NCBI GenBank assembly: GCA_015680685.1
Contig: MNCI01000614.1
Span: 258,730-322,729 of the forward strand
Direction of reading: 5' to 3'
Source: Gnetum montanum
Taxonomy: Eukaryota > Plantae > Gnetophyta
DNA length: 64,000 nucleotides
The first letter of the stretch is position 1; every line of letters begins with the position of its first letter. Shown here piece after piece: positions 24,465-40,100 of this stretch. Below the pieces are notes generated by a model. That model saw only the letters and a list, made by a program, of their open reading frames with translations, made no database searches and was not told the origin of the DNA. The position numbers and the translations under genes are program-made.

Positions 24465-27400
24465 AATGATGGAAGCCACAGGTAAAAACTTGATAACCCT
24501 CTTCTCTGGCTGAAAATCAGTTTTTTATGGCTTCCTGTCATTGATACATTCTTGTTTCAAATGACATAAAGTTTCACGAATGTTTGCACATAAATACAGT
24601 TACTATCACCATTCATTTCTTTCCCTTTGATTATCTTTTTCTGCACATTATTTCTTAACCTCCCATTTGTTAATCATGGTATTTTTCTGTGTCAAATAAT
24701 CTCATTCTTTAACTAATGATTATGGCTCAAATTATGTATGCTATTCGATGAACAAATCAAGAGTCTTACCACTAAAATCAAACCCATGACAATACTGGGT
24801 TATAAAATTATGATTGGACTATATACATCTTGGGGTGTAACTATATTACAATTATTATAGGGTTTTAACACCCCTTAATTTGATAAGTCCAAGTTATGGC
24901 ATCAATTATGGTGGACAATATTGAGTTATAAAGTTTTAATTTGACTATATGTTTTAAGGGAAAATACACTTAAAAGGAACAAGGATTGGTAAAAGTAAAA
25001 TAGATTAGATAGATTGCAATTTTAATATAATTACAATCAAGTCTCGTCCTTGAAAGCAATTTTGGATTCTATATAATATAATTAGATAGAAAGCAAGATT
25101 AGAATCCAAAATCAAGAATTTTTTTAATATAAGTAATTTAGATACTTAGGGTCTCTAGTTCAAGTGGATGGCAAAATTAATAATGATGTGAAAAACATAA
25201 TTGAAGTAGGATGTCTTTGAAACCTTTAATTCATTTTATTACTCTATACTCATCACCATGTGTGGAAGCAAGCTAACATACACAAAATCAGAATACAATG
25301 TTAAAATTTGAGAAGCATAGTGCTTGAGACTTAATGAGGACTGACGTTGTAACTGAAATGTATAAGATAATGGTTAGATTCAAAGTTTAGGGAATAAACA
25401 ATTGAACAAAATGATCCGTTGTATTTGTTAGGTGTTAAAGTGAATACTTGACTTTGTATTTTATGAAGAGGATATGTTTCCTTAGTTAACAATTTAACAT
25501 AAATTGTTAAAACAAAACAAGATGGAAACAAATGATAGCATGCCTTTTAAAAAAAACATATTTAGTCTGATCCATAAGAAGAGTTGGATGTTTTAAACAT
25601 AGAATTGAGAAATTGTTTAATTGAAGCATTTAACCATGAAAGAGAACTTAGCATCATATATAAAAATAGAAACTTTATGGCAAGAAAATGGTAGTTGTTT
25701 TTAATCCACAGCAAATAAGCCACAAATATTTTCAAGGAAGAAACATTCTTGCCTCACCACAAAAAAGCAAAATTTGGGAAACATCTTCCAAAGCAAGTTA
25801 CAATAATGGGTTTGAGGTTGTGCTTCAGGTCAATCTAGGATGCCCTTCAAATAAACATGGAATTGTTCTCAGCAGATCCAAGGGATTTATACACAAATCT
25901 ACATACCTATTCAACCAACAGAGATCAATAACAATAGGCATATTTGTTCTCCTTGAAAAGGTGGAATCCTTACCACTGTAAGTGAGCTTATAGGCTTCAA
26001 TTTAGAAAAAAACACCAATGCCAAACAAAGCTTATCTATTTTTCTTAAAGATAGCACTGTCCTTGAATCTTGTACATATAGAGATAGAAAGCAATTTGAT
26101 TTCCCTTTCCAAAAGGAAACAAGTTCAAAGAAGTTGGATGTACCTAACGTTTACAACATAATTTAGACTTTTTCTCTTTAGTAAATCAAGTTCATGATAA
26201 TAGTAGTATTACCTAAACTTTGTATGCCTATTGACACTCACTAATGCTTCTTTAACTACAAATAATGCTTACAATCACCATTGAACAAGAAAGGAAGCTC
26301 TGCGACAAAAGCTCAAGCCTTCAGGAAGCACCATTTGGGGGTAAATCCCAAATCTGCAATCAACTCAACTTAGAAAAAGGAGAAAAAACTAGCTAATAGT
26401 ACTATAATAAAAACATTGCTTAATCAATTTCGAAAAGGAAATTATTGAATATCAAGATATTAAACATAAATGAAAAGGTTAGGAAAAAAAATTTCTAGCT
26501 TGTTGAATAAGTAGCAGAGACCACTTTTGGGAAAAAAATTTGACCAATTTTAATGAAAGTGGCTAAACATCATATAATTTTTAATTCGTGCAAATAACTA
26601 TTTGTTGCCCTATCAAATTAACTGCTACAATGTGAAGTGACATCAAATAAACTTTCTTCCCCTCAAAATATTCTCTTAATCATAAATTTTTTGTCTAATA
26701 GATCCTTTGGGTCTTTTTCCAGTTTTTTTCCAGTTTCATTGTTTTACTATCAAAAGCTTATATGCGAAGGGCCTCAAAAGTATTGAAATTAATAGTTAAA
26801 GTGAATTTGAACAACATTAAATATGGTCTAACAATAATTGTTAAATTTTGGTGAATAGATTATTGATGCATACAAAAAATCAAAGAAACATTCAATTAGA
26901 TAATGCCACTCTTAAAAGGAATTGACACTTTTTACTGATACATGTTGATTTGGAAAACAACATGAATCTTTTGTTGGAACCTAGAAATAATTATAATATA
27001 GCTACACCCCAAGATCTATGCAATTAGAACTTTAAGAGGGTAGAGGGGGTGTTATACCCCAAAAAAATCAATCATAATATTAAAAAAACTTAGAGTACAT
27101 TAGATCATCGAAGAGGAAGTCTAATGATAAAGCTCAATAGATTTGAGGATGTCTTTTTAGATTTTTGTCCTTATAATCAATCCTAAGAAATATCTCCTCT
27201 TGGTTAGGAAAAGGATTAGGCCTTGTCCTTATTCAAAAGCACCCTCATGGGCTTTCACTTCTTACTAAATGATTTCTTGTAAAGAGAAGGAGCAAACTCT
27301 CTCTATAGAAAAAAGAATACATCAATTAGAGATAAAGAGCAAATAGGAACAAAAGCTAAAAGCTTCTCAAAATTGAGCCTCTAATAAAAAGAAATTAATA

Positions 27401-27479
27401 TTGTAGAAAAAAAACTAATTGATCAATTTTCATGGAGAGCTTTTTTTCTTGAAGTTGTAGCTAAATCAAACTTTATAAC

Positions 27480-30400
27480 TGATGAATCATGATTCATTAG
27501 GCTGCGATATCAGACCCACGATATCACGTACGTGATATTGTGGCTTGGCTAGCGATATCGGATACGCGATATCATGACTCCTGTGCAGGCCTATAAATAC
27601 ACATGTAGGCTCAAGGAGTTAAGGAGTCAGTCAATAGTTCATTTTAGAAGTTAGCTTTCATTTTTAGTTCTTCTCAACCTTTTCTCCCAGTGCATGCCTG
27701 CAGTGTGATGATTGTAATTGTACGACACCTTCATTCAAGTGTGACATACTTGGACATGTACATGACTAGAAATAAAGATCAAGGTTACTTCATCATTGTA
27801 GAATTTACTTAGTTTAATTATTTAATTGTTATTTATTGCTTTTGTAATTAATCTATCTCTACCTTCCTCTTCTATCCTTGTTATTAAATGTAGAGTGAGT
27901 ACAACTTAATCATGAGCATTTAAGTGTGACTACTTGGTATCGCAGTAGCGTATCTAGGACATGTGCTTGGTAATCCTAGCAGTAGTGCACGAGGTCCAAG
28001 ATGTGTATAGATTATTAAGGATGGATGCTCATCGCACTTAGGCTAGCTTAGATTCTCTCTCCCTTTTCCTCTTAGCTTAAACATGTTATTTTCCATTGCC
28101 TCTAGGAGTAGCACTAGTTCAGGACTACATCATACACCTCACTTTAGACTAAACCATATGTGACAAAGAAAATAGTAGTCCAGGTGGGAAGACAGTGAAC
28201 TACGATCAATGAGTAACTATCTAGATACGAAAACTATCCCATGTGCGGAGTTCGACTGGATCATGCGTGAAACACTCATATTCATATGGTTGAGTGTAGG
28301 GGTACGTTTTCACTCATCATTGGCACCGTTGCCAAGGACGGTGGTAGTTATTTAGATTATTTACATCATACAAGATCATTGTAACAAAGTATTAATGATA
28401 CATCTTTTAGAAGGAAGTAATTACAACAAGTCACACACAAATTTACAACCATGTCTCTCTCACAAGACTATGATAACGCAACAACCAGTAAGGCAATTCA
28501 TTGGAGAACTAAAGAGCTATATGATGAAGAAAAATTTTGGAGTATTGAACCTTATGCATGAGTCCCTTATTTTCATGAACACCCCAATGATACTTAAGGA
28601 CTCTCGTCATCCAACTTTGACACCTCTAGTAAGGATGAGACATCCCATAGAACGAGGGGGCCCATAAGACCTAGAACCTTCTCAATAGTTAACAAGAATT
28701 TATCTGGGGATGATTGGAAGACTTACAATAGTCATGACAAGTTTTTCAATTCTTTCTCTTCCTCTACCCCTTCAACATCAGGTCATGACACGGATGACCA
28801 TATTTCAAGGGATTGACATAGAACTAAAAATTGAGCTCACAGAAAAAATCGAGAACACCAACATGAACAAGGGCAACATCATCTCAACTCACAAACTCAC
28901 AACCTACTTAGTGACAATGAACCCCTATTGGCCACTAAGAGTCTAACACATATACAAGAGGCCATTTGAATATCCCACAGGCATTGCAAGGAAATATGTC
29001 TACCTAGGCTTGATTTAAACAACTTTCTAAAATTTTTAGGAGGCTATGATTTAATTCGCAACATCATCTACAAGCCTTCCATGATGCTTGTATATGGAAA
29101 AATATTGATAATGGGTGGCAAAAACTTAAGTTCTTTCCCACGACACTTGTTGACCAAGAAAAAGCATGATATAGGTCTTTAAAACCAAAATCAATTTGAC
29201 ATTGGCCAACAATGGTAGAGCTCTTCAACGAAAGATATCAAACCTATGCATGAGTGTTAGCCTTGAGGAGACAAATCCAAGAATGGAAACAAGCATAACA
29301 TGAACCCTTGGACATGGCCATAGAGAGATATTATGCACTGTGAAACAACTGCCCAGGCCATGGGTTCTTTGAGGAGAGGCTAATGTACCATATCATATCT
29401 AGGCTCTGTAATGAAATAAGGGAGACCCTAGGGATGTATGCCCTAGGTCAACTATATGAGCTATGAACCCACCAATTCCAAGAGCTTATTAAGTGGATAA
29501 CAAAAGAAGAAAGAGAAATGGCTAAATGGGAGAATGTTGAAAGCTCTCAATAGGACCAAAATCTTGAATTAGCAAGGGTCCATGATCATGAAGAGGAGAA
29601 ATCAACTCACCCCAAGGAGGTGGAATCATCTTTTCCAATACTACAATCACTAGATGAAATTGAGGCAAAGATCAAGAAGATGACGAAAAGGATGCATGAC
29701 AAATGTGGAGAATATGCCAACATTATTAGAGGTAGAACATGATGAACCAAGAAATAGGATAGAACACCACTAGAAAATTGGAAATAAGGGTTGAAGAGAA
29801 TAAGGATAAGAACTCAACTGCTAATCATATGTATCAATGTAATGTTTGCCTGTACGATCACCCCAAAGGTCAATGCCCAATCCTATCACATTTACATGAG
29901 CATTGGGAAAGAATGTTACATCCAGAGTTCGTACAAAAATATTGTGTTCAATCACAGTGGCAAAAATCCCAGTTGTGGGGGAGGCCACCCTCAAACTGGT
30001 CACACCCTTCATATCATCCGAACCCAAGCACTTATCAGGTTCAGCATCTTGTTTCGCCAATTGGGTCAACATCTTCTATCTCACCACATTGTTATTATTC
30101 TCTTAAGTACTATCAGCCTATGTCCTTTCCAACAAGATCACCATTTCATGTTCCTTATACTTCTCCTTACTCTCAATATTCTCATCCTTCACCTCCTTCT
30201 ACATCGCCACCAATAGTACTAGAAGGTTTTGCACCATAGCACCAACCCACCAACATTACTTGTGCTACTACTATCAATCGCAGTGGAAATCCTTCACAAC
30301 ATCGAAAGCATCCTTTCTTTAGGCATGACCATATAAAGGGACAACAAAGTTCCAACACCACTGCATCCTGCCACTCAACATAAGTTCAACACTGTGGTGC

Positions 30401-33400
30401 ATCTTTCTCCTCAAACTCAACACCTCCTGTTACTTTATCAAGGTCACCAATTAATACTCCAACAACCGTGCGGCCCAATGAATATAGCCACATAGGGAGA
30501 CATATCGATCCTCGCATACCATCTTATGGTTAAGGGCACCATAGTGGGTCAACTTCATATCAATTAAACTCATCTTCTAACTTGCCCCACTATGTCAACT
30601 TCAATCAATGTGTGAACCCCAATTTGGGTACATTCCAACCACCACATCAAAAACACCTAATGGTTTGAATATGATTGGGTTCCAATATTTCTGAAATGCA
30701 TGTATCCAACCCTTCCATTTATTAATTCTCACCATGATTAAAAGTTTAGTTATAGGGGATATTCCCCATTCTAACAAACAGAATTAATAAATGTTTTTCC
30801 TTTTCTTTAATTTTATAATTTTTTGTTTTTTAGTTTTTTATCTTTCAATTTGTTGTTTTAGCTTTTTATTTATTATTTTGTCTTTTTATCTTTTTATGGG
30901 TAATCTCATCTATGGATAAAACACTCATGTGACTCATTGGTCGAGGTGTTGTTCTATGTTATCAAGTCTCAAGTAACTAATTATTTGGACAACGAGCCCA
31001 CCACATCCACACAAAAATTCTATTAATAAGAGGTTATACTCTAGGTACAATGATATTCTTATCATCATAAAAAGTTAAAAGTAATTTTGTGCTCATTTTG
31101 CCCAGAGCAAAAAATGATGGACTAAGAGGGAATGACTAGGGTGTGACATCAAGGGAACTTGTGGATTCTCTTTGGTGACATTTGTAGGAGTTATCATGTA
31201 GCCTAGTTGTACTAAGATCCTTGTAGAGCTAACAAAAATGGGAGTAAGAGTAATAAAGGTACTTAATAAAAAAACAAAAAAAATACCCAATGCTATTCTA
31301 GGGGGTCCCATTGGAAAGACATGCACCCATGCCTAAAGGTAGGTAGCTTCTCTAAATTAAGCATTCAAAAAGAAAAAAAAAGGAGAAGAGAAAGTGTGCT
31401 AAAGTGGCTAGAAGAAATGTGTTATAAAGAAATTCCAAATCATTCCTCCCTTGAACAAAATGCCAAGTGATTGTATCCCTTGCTGTCATGATGCTCTTAT
31501 GGTTGTCCATCATTGAATAAAGCAATGCGATGTCACTAATCGGAGGATGGACTTGGTCTTGATTTTGGAGCGACGGGCTAATGACACATTAATCATGCCC
31601 TACACTCAAGATTCATTATGCCCTGGGTTAGTTACCTCATGTTCCAATCCTTGCAATCCCTTCTATGATTCATCCCATCTCACTGTTCAAGAATTTTTGA
31701 CTTGTGTCTTTTGTGGCATAGAATTCATACCTCATCGTGGTCGTATCTAACATATGTGTGTTTTATTGCGTTAGTATAGATTACATTTAACCCTTCTAGT
31801 ATCTATGGACATTTTTATGTGTGGTTACACAAGGGAATTATAGGTTAGAACCTACTTTGGGGAGGACCCACTTGCGTGAATTTTGTAATTTATCCTTGTT
31901 GCACACCACCACATCATTTTATACCCTTTAAACACTTCATTGCCAAATCTATTCTTTCCTTCATCATCATGTTATCAAACATTCCTCAAAACCATTACGT
32001 GTCCTTTGATGTGTCATCTAAAAAAACTAGGTCCAACATTAAAATTTTAGGGAAACTTCCTTGAAAAAAATTTCTAACTCTAAAATCACACTAAGTAAAG
32101 AATTCAACAATTACTAAAGGCAATAAGTAAGGTATGAAATAATTGAACTTCTTTCAATAACCTTACTAAGAATTGATCTTTGTATGATTATAGATGGCCC
32201 CTAAAAGAGGACAATATGGAGGACCTTCTCAAGGTGCAACTAAATGTGCAGGGGGAGGCAGAAGCCAAGGACCTCATGTAGAGCATGCGGAGTGGGAGGC
32301 ACAATCATTTAGCATCCATCAGGGAACTCCTATCACTACACAATTTGGCCAAGAAAAAGGTGGAGAGGTTAGGGCTCGAGCCTATGAACAGGAACAATGA
32401 CTATTTGTGGCATGGCATGTCAAGGCCAATCAAGTGTTTTCGCAACTTCCATGTCCATGGAAAGTGTCAACTACATCAAACATTGGAGCATTAGCATGGA
32501 TGATACAGGATCCCTAAACTGAAGATGAAAAACTCTAGGCACTCCTTTAGAGCCACCAAATCCCAAAGCCTAGAGCACAAGACAAGGGGAAGCAACCCAT
32601 GGAGAAGCTACCACCACCTGGAACCACATGAGTTCCAATAAAATTTTGCAATTTTGTAATTTTATGTTCATGCCCTAATTTTGTTCTATTCAATTCTCCA
32701 CTGTGGCATGAATAATTCCTAGTCAGTCAATAATCCCATACCTATCCATTGTGTAATCAATGGGGCTTGTTATCATTTTGTATGACTCAAGGATGAGTTT
32801 TCATTCAATTGTGGGGGTATGATGAATCATGATTCATTAGGCTTCGATATCGAACCCACGATATCGCGTATGCAATATCGGGTACACAATATTGCAGCCT
32901 GGCCAGTGATATTGGATACATGATATTGTGACTCGTGTGTGGGCCTATAAATACACATGTAGGCACAAGGAGTCAGGGAGTAAGTTAGTAGTTCATTTTA
33001 GAAGTTAGCTTTTATTTTTAGTTCTTCTCAACTCTTTCTCCCAGTGCATGCCCACAGTGCGATGATTGTAATTGTACAACACCTTCATTCAAGTGTGACG
33101 TACTTGGACATGTGCATGACCAGAAATAAAGATTGAGATTACTTCATCATTGCGACATTCACTTAGTTTAATTATTTAATTTTTATTTATTGCTTTCATA
33201 ATTAATCTTTCTCTACCTTCCTCTCCTATCCCTGTTATTAAATGCGAAATGAGTACGACTTAATCACGAGCATTGAAGTGTGACTACTTGGTATCCTAGT
33301 AGCATACCTAGGACATGTGCTTGGTAATCCCAGAAGTAGTGCACGAGGTCTAAGATGTGTATGGATGATTAAGGATGGATGCTTATTGCACTTAGGATAG

Positions 33401-33673
33401 CTTAGACTTTCTCCCCCTTTTCCTCTTAGCTTAAACATGTTATTTTCCATTGCCTCTAGGAGTAGCACTAGTTCAGGACTACATCATACACCTCACTTTA
33501 AACTAAACCATACATGACAAAGAAAATACTAGTCTAGCTGGCAAGACAATGAACTGCAATCAATGAGTAACTATCTAGATACCACAACTAGCCCATCTAC
33601 GGAGTTCGACCGGATCGTGCATGAAATGCTCGTATTCGTATGGTTGAGTGTAGGGGTACCTAGCCACTCATCA
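27480..33673 (+). mobile_element. Full-length non-autonomous Athila-like Gypsy element (LTRs 27480-28319 and 32820-33673) with degenerate gag and no recognisable pol
   Basis: TGATGA...TCATCA termini, perfect TSD ATAAC, tRNA-Asp-type PBS TGGCACCGTTGCC at 28321, PPT-like GTGGGGG at 32811; gag-like KLKFFPTTL...WYRSLKPKSI..WPTMVELF ~29000-29250. Confidence 0.92.
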
Positions 33674-35199
33674 ATAACTTAGCATTATCCACTAGAATCG
33701 AACACATGACTTGGAACTTTTAAATCAAAAGTCTTACCACTAGGCTAATACCTCACTATTAGTCAAGGATCAGTATAATTGAATGTAAATGCCTATACAA
33801 GTTGCCTTACAGAAAGTGTACAAAATTATTTTTATTTCAACAACTAGTGATTATTTCCTTAAAAAATTAGTTGTAAGAGATTAATGGCTAGCCTAAGAAA
33901 ATATTGATATGTTGAAAAATGAATATTTGAGGGAAGGAAATGTGATAGAAAATGGGAAAAAGAATGCATCTCTTAAAAAAGAGACAAATCAATTTGGTTG
34001 CAAGTGATGATGGTTAGCAAGTAGGTGTGAAGATAGTACAAAAATGTATTGTTAAATCACATGTGTGGCTACATTTTAAAGTCACTTTATTATTATACTA
34101 TGTTAATGCTTAGGTTGAATTTTATTTTAAACCAACCTATGTATATGTTAGCTCTATTAAAGTCCTTTACTACAATTCTACATTCCTAAATTTGATGATA
34201 TAGTAGTTGTAGACTTTCTTGGTGTAGTGAGATGTACTTTGATAGATTAAATCTTACATTCAAATTAACCTATCGTAGGCTAGAGGACAAGTCTTACTTC
34301 CAATGTAATCCTTTATAGGTGCTTTTAGCATGTTTGCTGTTGTTTGCTACATTCATTGCTTCATCTCAAATATCTTGTGTAACAAAATAGATGAAGCAAA
34401 GCTTTCCAAGTAATATGAGAACTCTCTTAATTAAAATAGTGTTAAAATTTAAACTTCACAAAACCATCATAAATAATATCAAAATCCATTTTGAACAGCT
34501 ATGAGTGAACGTTATCATTTTTTAAAACAACTTAAAAGTATTTTGTTAGTTGTCAAATTTAGATATGAAATAGAACTAAGAATTTTCTTCATGTGATCTT
34601 TGAGATCAACCAAAAACCTAATAATACCTCTTAGTGCAAGGGATATAAATTGAATCAATGCATAAATGATGTAAAATAGGATGAGGAAATATCCAAAGCA
34701 AAAGTCCAAACATAATCTCCTCTAATCATAGAAAAACAAGTTGTTGGATGCTATTTTCACCTGTTTATGGATGCTTCATATTTTAGTAAAATTTAAGTTT
34801 ATTTTAGGGGAAGCATACTTCAGCTTTCACATGCCTATAGGTATCAAAATAATTATTTATAGTCTATTTTTTAAAATTTCAAAGATCCAAAACCAATACA
34901 ATAATGGAGAAAGCCTACTAGCTTTGATGATTATGGAAGGCTAAGCATAGGACATATTGTGAAATGGTTGTTATGTTGCCACTCTCATGGCTCAAATTTG
35001 TAATATATATATTGAAATAAAAAAAATTAAATCTAGAGAAAATTGCAACATTTACATTGCTTTTTGACTGAATGCTTGTTTAAATCTAGGTAAAGAGGTT
35101 TAGTACCTAAACTCTTTTAACAAGCAAGTGGATGCTTACCCTAGGTCCATCGATCCATTCTAATACATTACTACAAAGACTTTTAAAATCACTTTTCAT

Positions 35200-36115
35200 A
35201 CTTTAACAATGAGCCATATTTCACTTGATTAAATCATGAAAAATGTTAATGTGTTATGAATTTACTTAAGTTATCTTGGTTGCATATTTTCATCCTATAA
35301 ATAGTCAATAATTTAGGGTTTTAGTCCCTCTACCTACTCATGTCACTTGTGATTGTTCACATTGTTAAGTTTTGAGTTTTATAGTTTATAACGATAGGAA
35401 TAGGTAAACATAGTGTTGTTTTTAGAGTTGATCTATCCAAGATGAAATAAGGTATAGTCAACTAATCCTTGAGGAAAGTCGTTAACAGAATCCAAGATAG
35501 GTGAAACCTTTTTGGACCAACTACTCTTTTAAAATGGTCAATTCTATATCAACTCCAGTTAATCTATTTCCTTGACATTTTGTGGATATCATGGTTTTTG
35601 ATATTCATTATGAATTTTCTCTCATAGATCTTAAGATGATATTTTATGTAGCATGTGGTCCCATCCTATAGCTTGTTTAAGTTGCACTAAGTTGGTAGGC
35701 TCTACTAGAACGTTTTTGACCCTTCATGCATGTTCATATGTAGATTTAGGTGGCAGAAGCTAGGAGCTTGATGGTGATGGGGCTTGATTGATGGAATTTC
35801 TTTCATCTATTCTTACATTTAGTTTTCTTTTGAGATTTCATGTATTAATGGCTATGATGTAATGAGACGAGGAACCATGTTATTAACTCTTTGAGATTAT
35901 AGTTATGTTATGATTTATGAATTATATTATGAGCACTCCAATGTGGATATTCTATTTTACCATTCACTTTGGTTTAAGTTTTATAATGCTTATGGATGAT
36001 TCTTTATTAATTTTATGAGCATTATGACGTCACATGACCTAAGCATAAGGTTTGTGTAATTTAATCATGAATAATTTTATGAGTTAAATTATGGGGTATG
36101 ACAAGTTGGTACATA
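35200..36115 (+). mobile_element. Possible decayed LTR (TATA ~35296; GGGGTATGACA end at 36103) followed by a degenerate Met-type PBS
   Basis: CCTATAAATAG; GGGGTATGACA|AGTTGGTACATAAC. Confidence 0.35.
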
Positions 36116-37168
36116 ACATGGTTTTAGATCAATGGTTAGAGTTAGTTTTTAAAGATGCTTTTAAGGCAAAAGGAAAGTAATAATGTAAGTTCCAACAAAA
36201 AAGCAACAACAATTTCTCCAAACAATGGTGAACTTTTTGAGCAATGGAAGGAATGAAGGTGGAGCCTGAAGTGACATTATTTATTGCTTGTTTTCATTCA
36301 AGATAATAATTAGGCCTCTCACTTACATTTAAAATTTAAAAAGGTATAAATTGTGAGAAGAGTGAATATAATTTTTCTTTGATGAAATGTATTGATATAA
36401 ATTGAGTTTCCATCATAATATATCATATTTTTCTAATGAAGTTTTACAAATGATGCTCAATTCTCTATCCTAAATTAGTTTTTTCAATCAATGTGCTCCT
36501 ATAAGGGATCATCATTAAGAGACTCCATGCTTATCTTGCCAAGGTATGATCCTAGGAAGGTCGGTGAAGAAGTGAAAACCTAACCTCTTTTAAGTAGTTG
36601 TACCTAGGCTTCAACCCAAGTATTAAAACTTAAGAAACAAACATCTTATAATTAATGTACTCATATACATCTATGAATTGTATGCAGTTATAATTTGGTA
36701 ATTTATTCATTTATTTCTTAATAAAAAGGTAGCAAATAGTTATGTGCTTATGTAAGAGTCTTGATATAGATATATCCTTAAATGGTGTTTGCAAATAAAA
36801 TTGTTCTAAAGCTAATGTTTTTGCTAGAGTACATAATTGTTTAATGGATTCTCAAGTCCCAAGTTTAATAAATACATCCAATTTTAGTAAAGACATTACA
36901 AATTCTCTATTGTACATATGTTTATAAAATGTAACATGATTAATAGTTACTTTAGTAACAACTAGTGTATCTATTTTTATGGAGATTTTGCAATTGTAGT
37001 TAAAGCATTACATTATGTATGCATAAAAAATTCAAAATTGATTTTAATGAGATTTTTGTTGAATTGTTTGTCTTTACCATAGTATCTTAACTTAATTATT
37101 AAATTAAACTTATTTTTAATATATCATGATTGGTCTATTCCATAGGTAATCATTGAGCAGAATACTAT

Positions 37169-40100
37169 TGATGAGTAGCGAGCAGTTCCTACCCCCAACC
37201 ATATGAATCACTAGCATTTATTAAGCAATCCAGCTGAATTGTATAGCCTTTAGCTCTCTAAGTACATTGGGTCTAGGTAGTGAATTCAATAGATGTGATC
37301 ATGTCTTCTCAGTCTCACTTGTGAAGTGCAAGTGTATGGTTAGGTGTAACTGAGGCATATGATTTTTATCATTTTATGTTTATTGTTTAAATCACCTAAG
37401 TACTAAAAATAAATTATTTAAATGATTAATTAATCTAATAACTAATTAATGTTTAACTAGTCCTAACATAAGCATTTGTTTCCATTTATCATACATATCT
37501 TGAACCACATTGCAATGTTACTGGGTTACCAAGCGTTAAGTGCCACTAGGATTACCAAATGTTAACGTATGCTTGAAATGGCTGTACTCATGTGCTTTAA
37601 TTATTTGAATTTAATTAATTAACTAAATTTATTAAAGTAAAGTGCATGAATAATAAATGCATTAACTAAACATTAAGATAAATCCAAGTGCTGCAAGGTT
37701 TATGAAGAAATCTTGTCTTTATCACTGATCACACAGAGGTGTTTAGGTACATTAGTGCTTAAATAAAGATCCATACACTTCTCACCCCTACTATAGGCAC
37801 TTAGAAAATATTCTAACTTTTAAATGAAAAAAATGTAAGAGCTTTACTAGGATACTAACTAATGGATGTCATAAATGAGACTGGTGTGTGCATTTATATA
37901 GGCAACAGAAGACACTACATTGATTTCTATGCATCGACACATNGTCACAACTATAGCTAGATAGCCACAGTCATAGCCTTAACCACAACAACTATGTGCA
38001 CTAGAGGTAGGAGAAGGTCTTTGGACATATCAAGAACCTCCATTGCTTGGGATTATCTGATTTTCTTCCTCATCTTCAAGCTGCCAGAGAAGTTGTACTA
38101 TCAATTTTTATCATGGTGTTTAATTTTGTTATTGTGAACACCAAATTTTCTAATGATTGTAAATCTATATAGTTGGTCACTTAGTGTTTATTTATGTGTC
38201 ATTAATTATTCAATAATCCCATACCTTCCCAAAATTTTGTAAAAAAATTATTCCTCCTTTTGTTCACTCAAGGACTAGTTTTCATTTAGTCATGGATGTA
38301 TGATGAATCGTGTCCATGAGCTAAGTCAATGGGATCCCATCGACATGGGGTTTGATGTGTCGATGCATAGAAATCAATGTAGTGTCTTCTGTTGCCTATA
38401 TAAATGCACACACCAGTCTCATTTATGACATCCATTAGTTAGTATCCTAGTAAAGCTCTTACATTTTTTTCATTTAAAAGTTAGAATATTTTCTAAGTGC
38501 CTATAGTAGGGGTGAGAAGTGTATGGNTGATCTAGCCACTTACTTCTCCAAATTTGACCACAACCTTCTGATAGCCAGCATTGCCAAGTTTGCATAGTGA
38601 AGGCTGATGATCTCTATGTACTTTGTCATTTCATCAATCTATAGCTCTTTGAGATGGATTTTATGCTTGTTGTATTCGTTTGGTCCATCAAGGATGGGTT
38701 GCTATACATCACCTCCTTGTTGGAGGTATTAGAGGACCTCTTTCACCTTCACCTTTGTTAATTGGATGTGTTTCTCATTAATCTCCTTCTGCAAGCTGAC
38801 GTGGTCCCTGTAATGGTTCTTAACCTATTCGAATTTTAGGGCCTTATTCTTCTACACAACGATTCCAATTATAGATCTCTGGTGAAGGATATGGACCTCT
38901 TCCATGGAGAGATTACAGTTTTTAGCTGCCAGTCTTTTCAAATATATTATCATCTTGGCAAGTTGATCTTACTACTATCTCATGTATTCAACCATTTGCT
39001 CCTTTTGGAGCTCAACAATGTATAGGCGATGATTATTCTTAGTTAGATTTCCATTCTCTCGGTGAACCTCCAACAAGTCCATCCAAATGTTGTAGACGGT
39101 TGCATCAGCTAAGGACTAGTCAAAGATCACCGACTCCTTGGCATACTTAGCCTCTTGGAGTTTGAACTAAAGCTACTAAAAATCTTCATCCCTAGTTATT
39201 GCTTGGCATAGTATTATGGAATTAGTGAGATAGGATTTAAGTTTTTCAGCCTCCACAACCAAGCATTGGTTTTCAGATTTTTCTATTTCAAGCTGAGCCT
39301 CTATGATGATGCACTTGCTCCTTGCCTTCAACAGTGCCAACTGGGCAGTAGCAATGTCATCTAGAAGGTCATAGACCTTTAGAATTGGTTGTTGGGTTTC
39401 TACCAGTTGTTTCAGTAACTTCTTATGCTAGGTTACACTAAGTCTCCCACTAACTATTCTTATAGACATATGCACATCTTTGAGTATAGCACTATCTAGC
39501 ATAGATGCCATAGGAACATTTAGAGCCTTGCCTACTTGGTCTACCACCACCTCAGCTATCATTTCTTGCCCTTGGTGCTGCATTACCAAGACAATCATCC
39601 CATCACCTTCCTCCAAGCACACTTGGAAGGTAGCGACATTCCTAGATATTTATGGGAATAGCTACTATTCTAGAATGGATATTGTTAACTCTCAGGCATA
39701 TAGATTCAAGTTTATGGGTGCCTACATTCTTCAGGTAGTGAAAGTTATCATCATGTCCTTCAACCAGCTTATTGTATGAGTTACTTCATTCAAATGGCTT
39801 AACGCTGGTCAATAGATAGACAGGTTACCACTCGGACTAACATTTTGCTACTGCAAGAGTTGTTCTTGGAGCTTTTGCATATGCTTCATGGTAGCACGTG
39901 CCTTTGGCATTGCTTCATGAGTGGGTGGTGGTGGTAGCTACTCCTCTTCCTTGGTCATGGTAGGAAACTTATCTTTAATAATTTCTACCTACGAGGTGGT
40001 AGGAGCATGTCTCATTGTGTCATTGGTGTAGCAAGCTATACCTATCCTTTTGTATAGTCTTTGAATAAGACATGGAAAGGGGAGTGCCTTTCTCCCATGT

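Noticed and set aside
25500-26400. Possible decayed coding relic
   Set aside because: All frames examined contain stops and no motif could be assigned with confidence.
37771-38526. ~170-bp perfect inverted repeat
   Set aside because: 37944-38526 lies between single Ns; flipping it gives one continuous LTR, so this is a scaffolding artefact.
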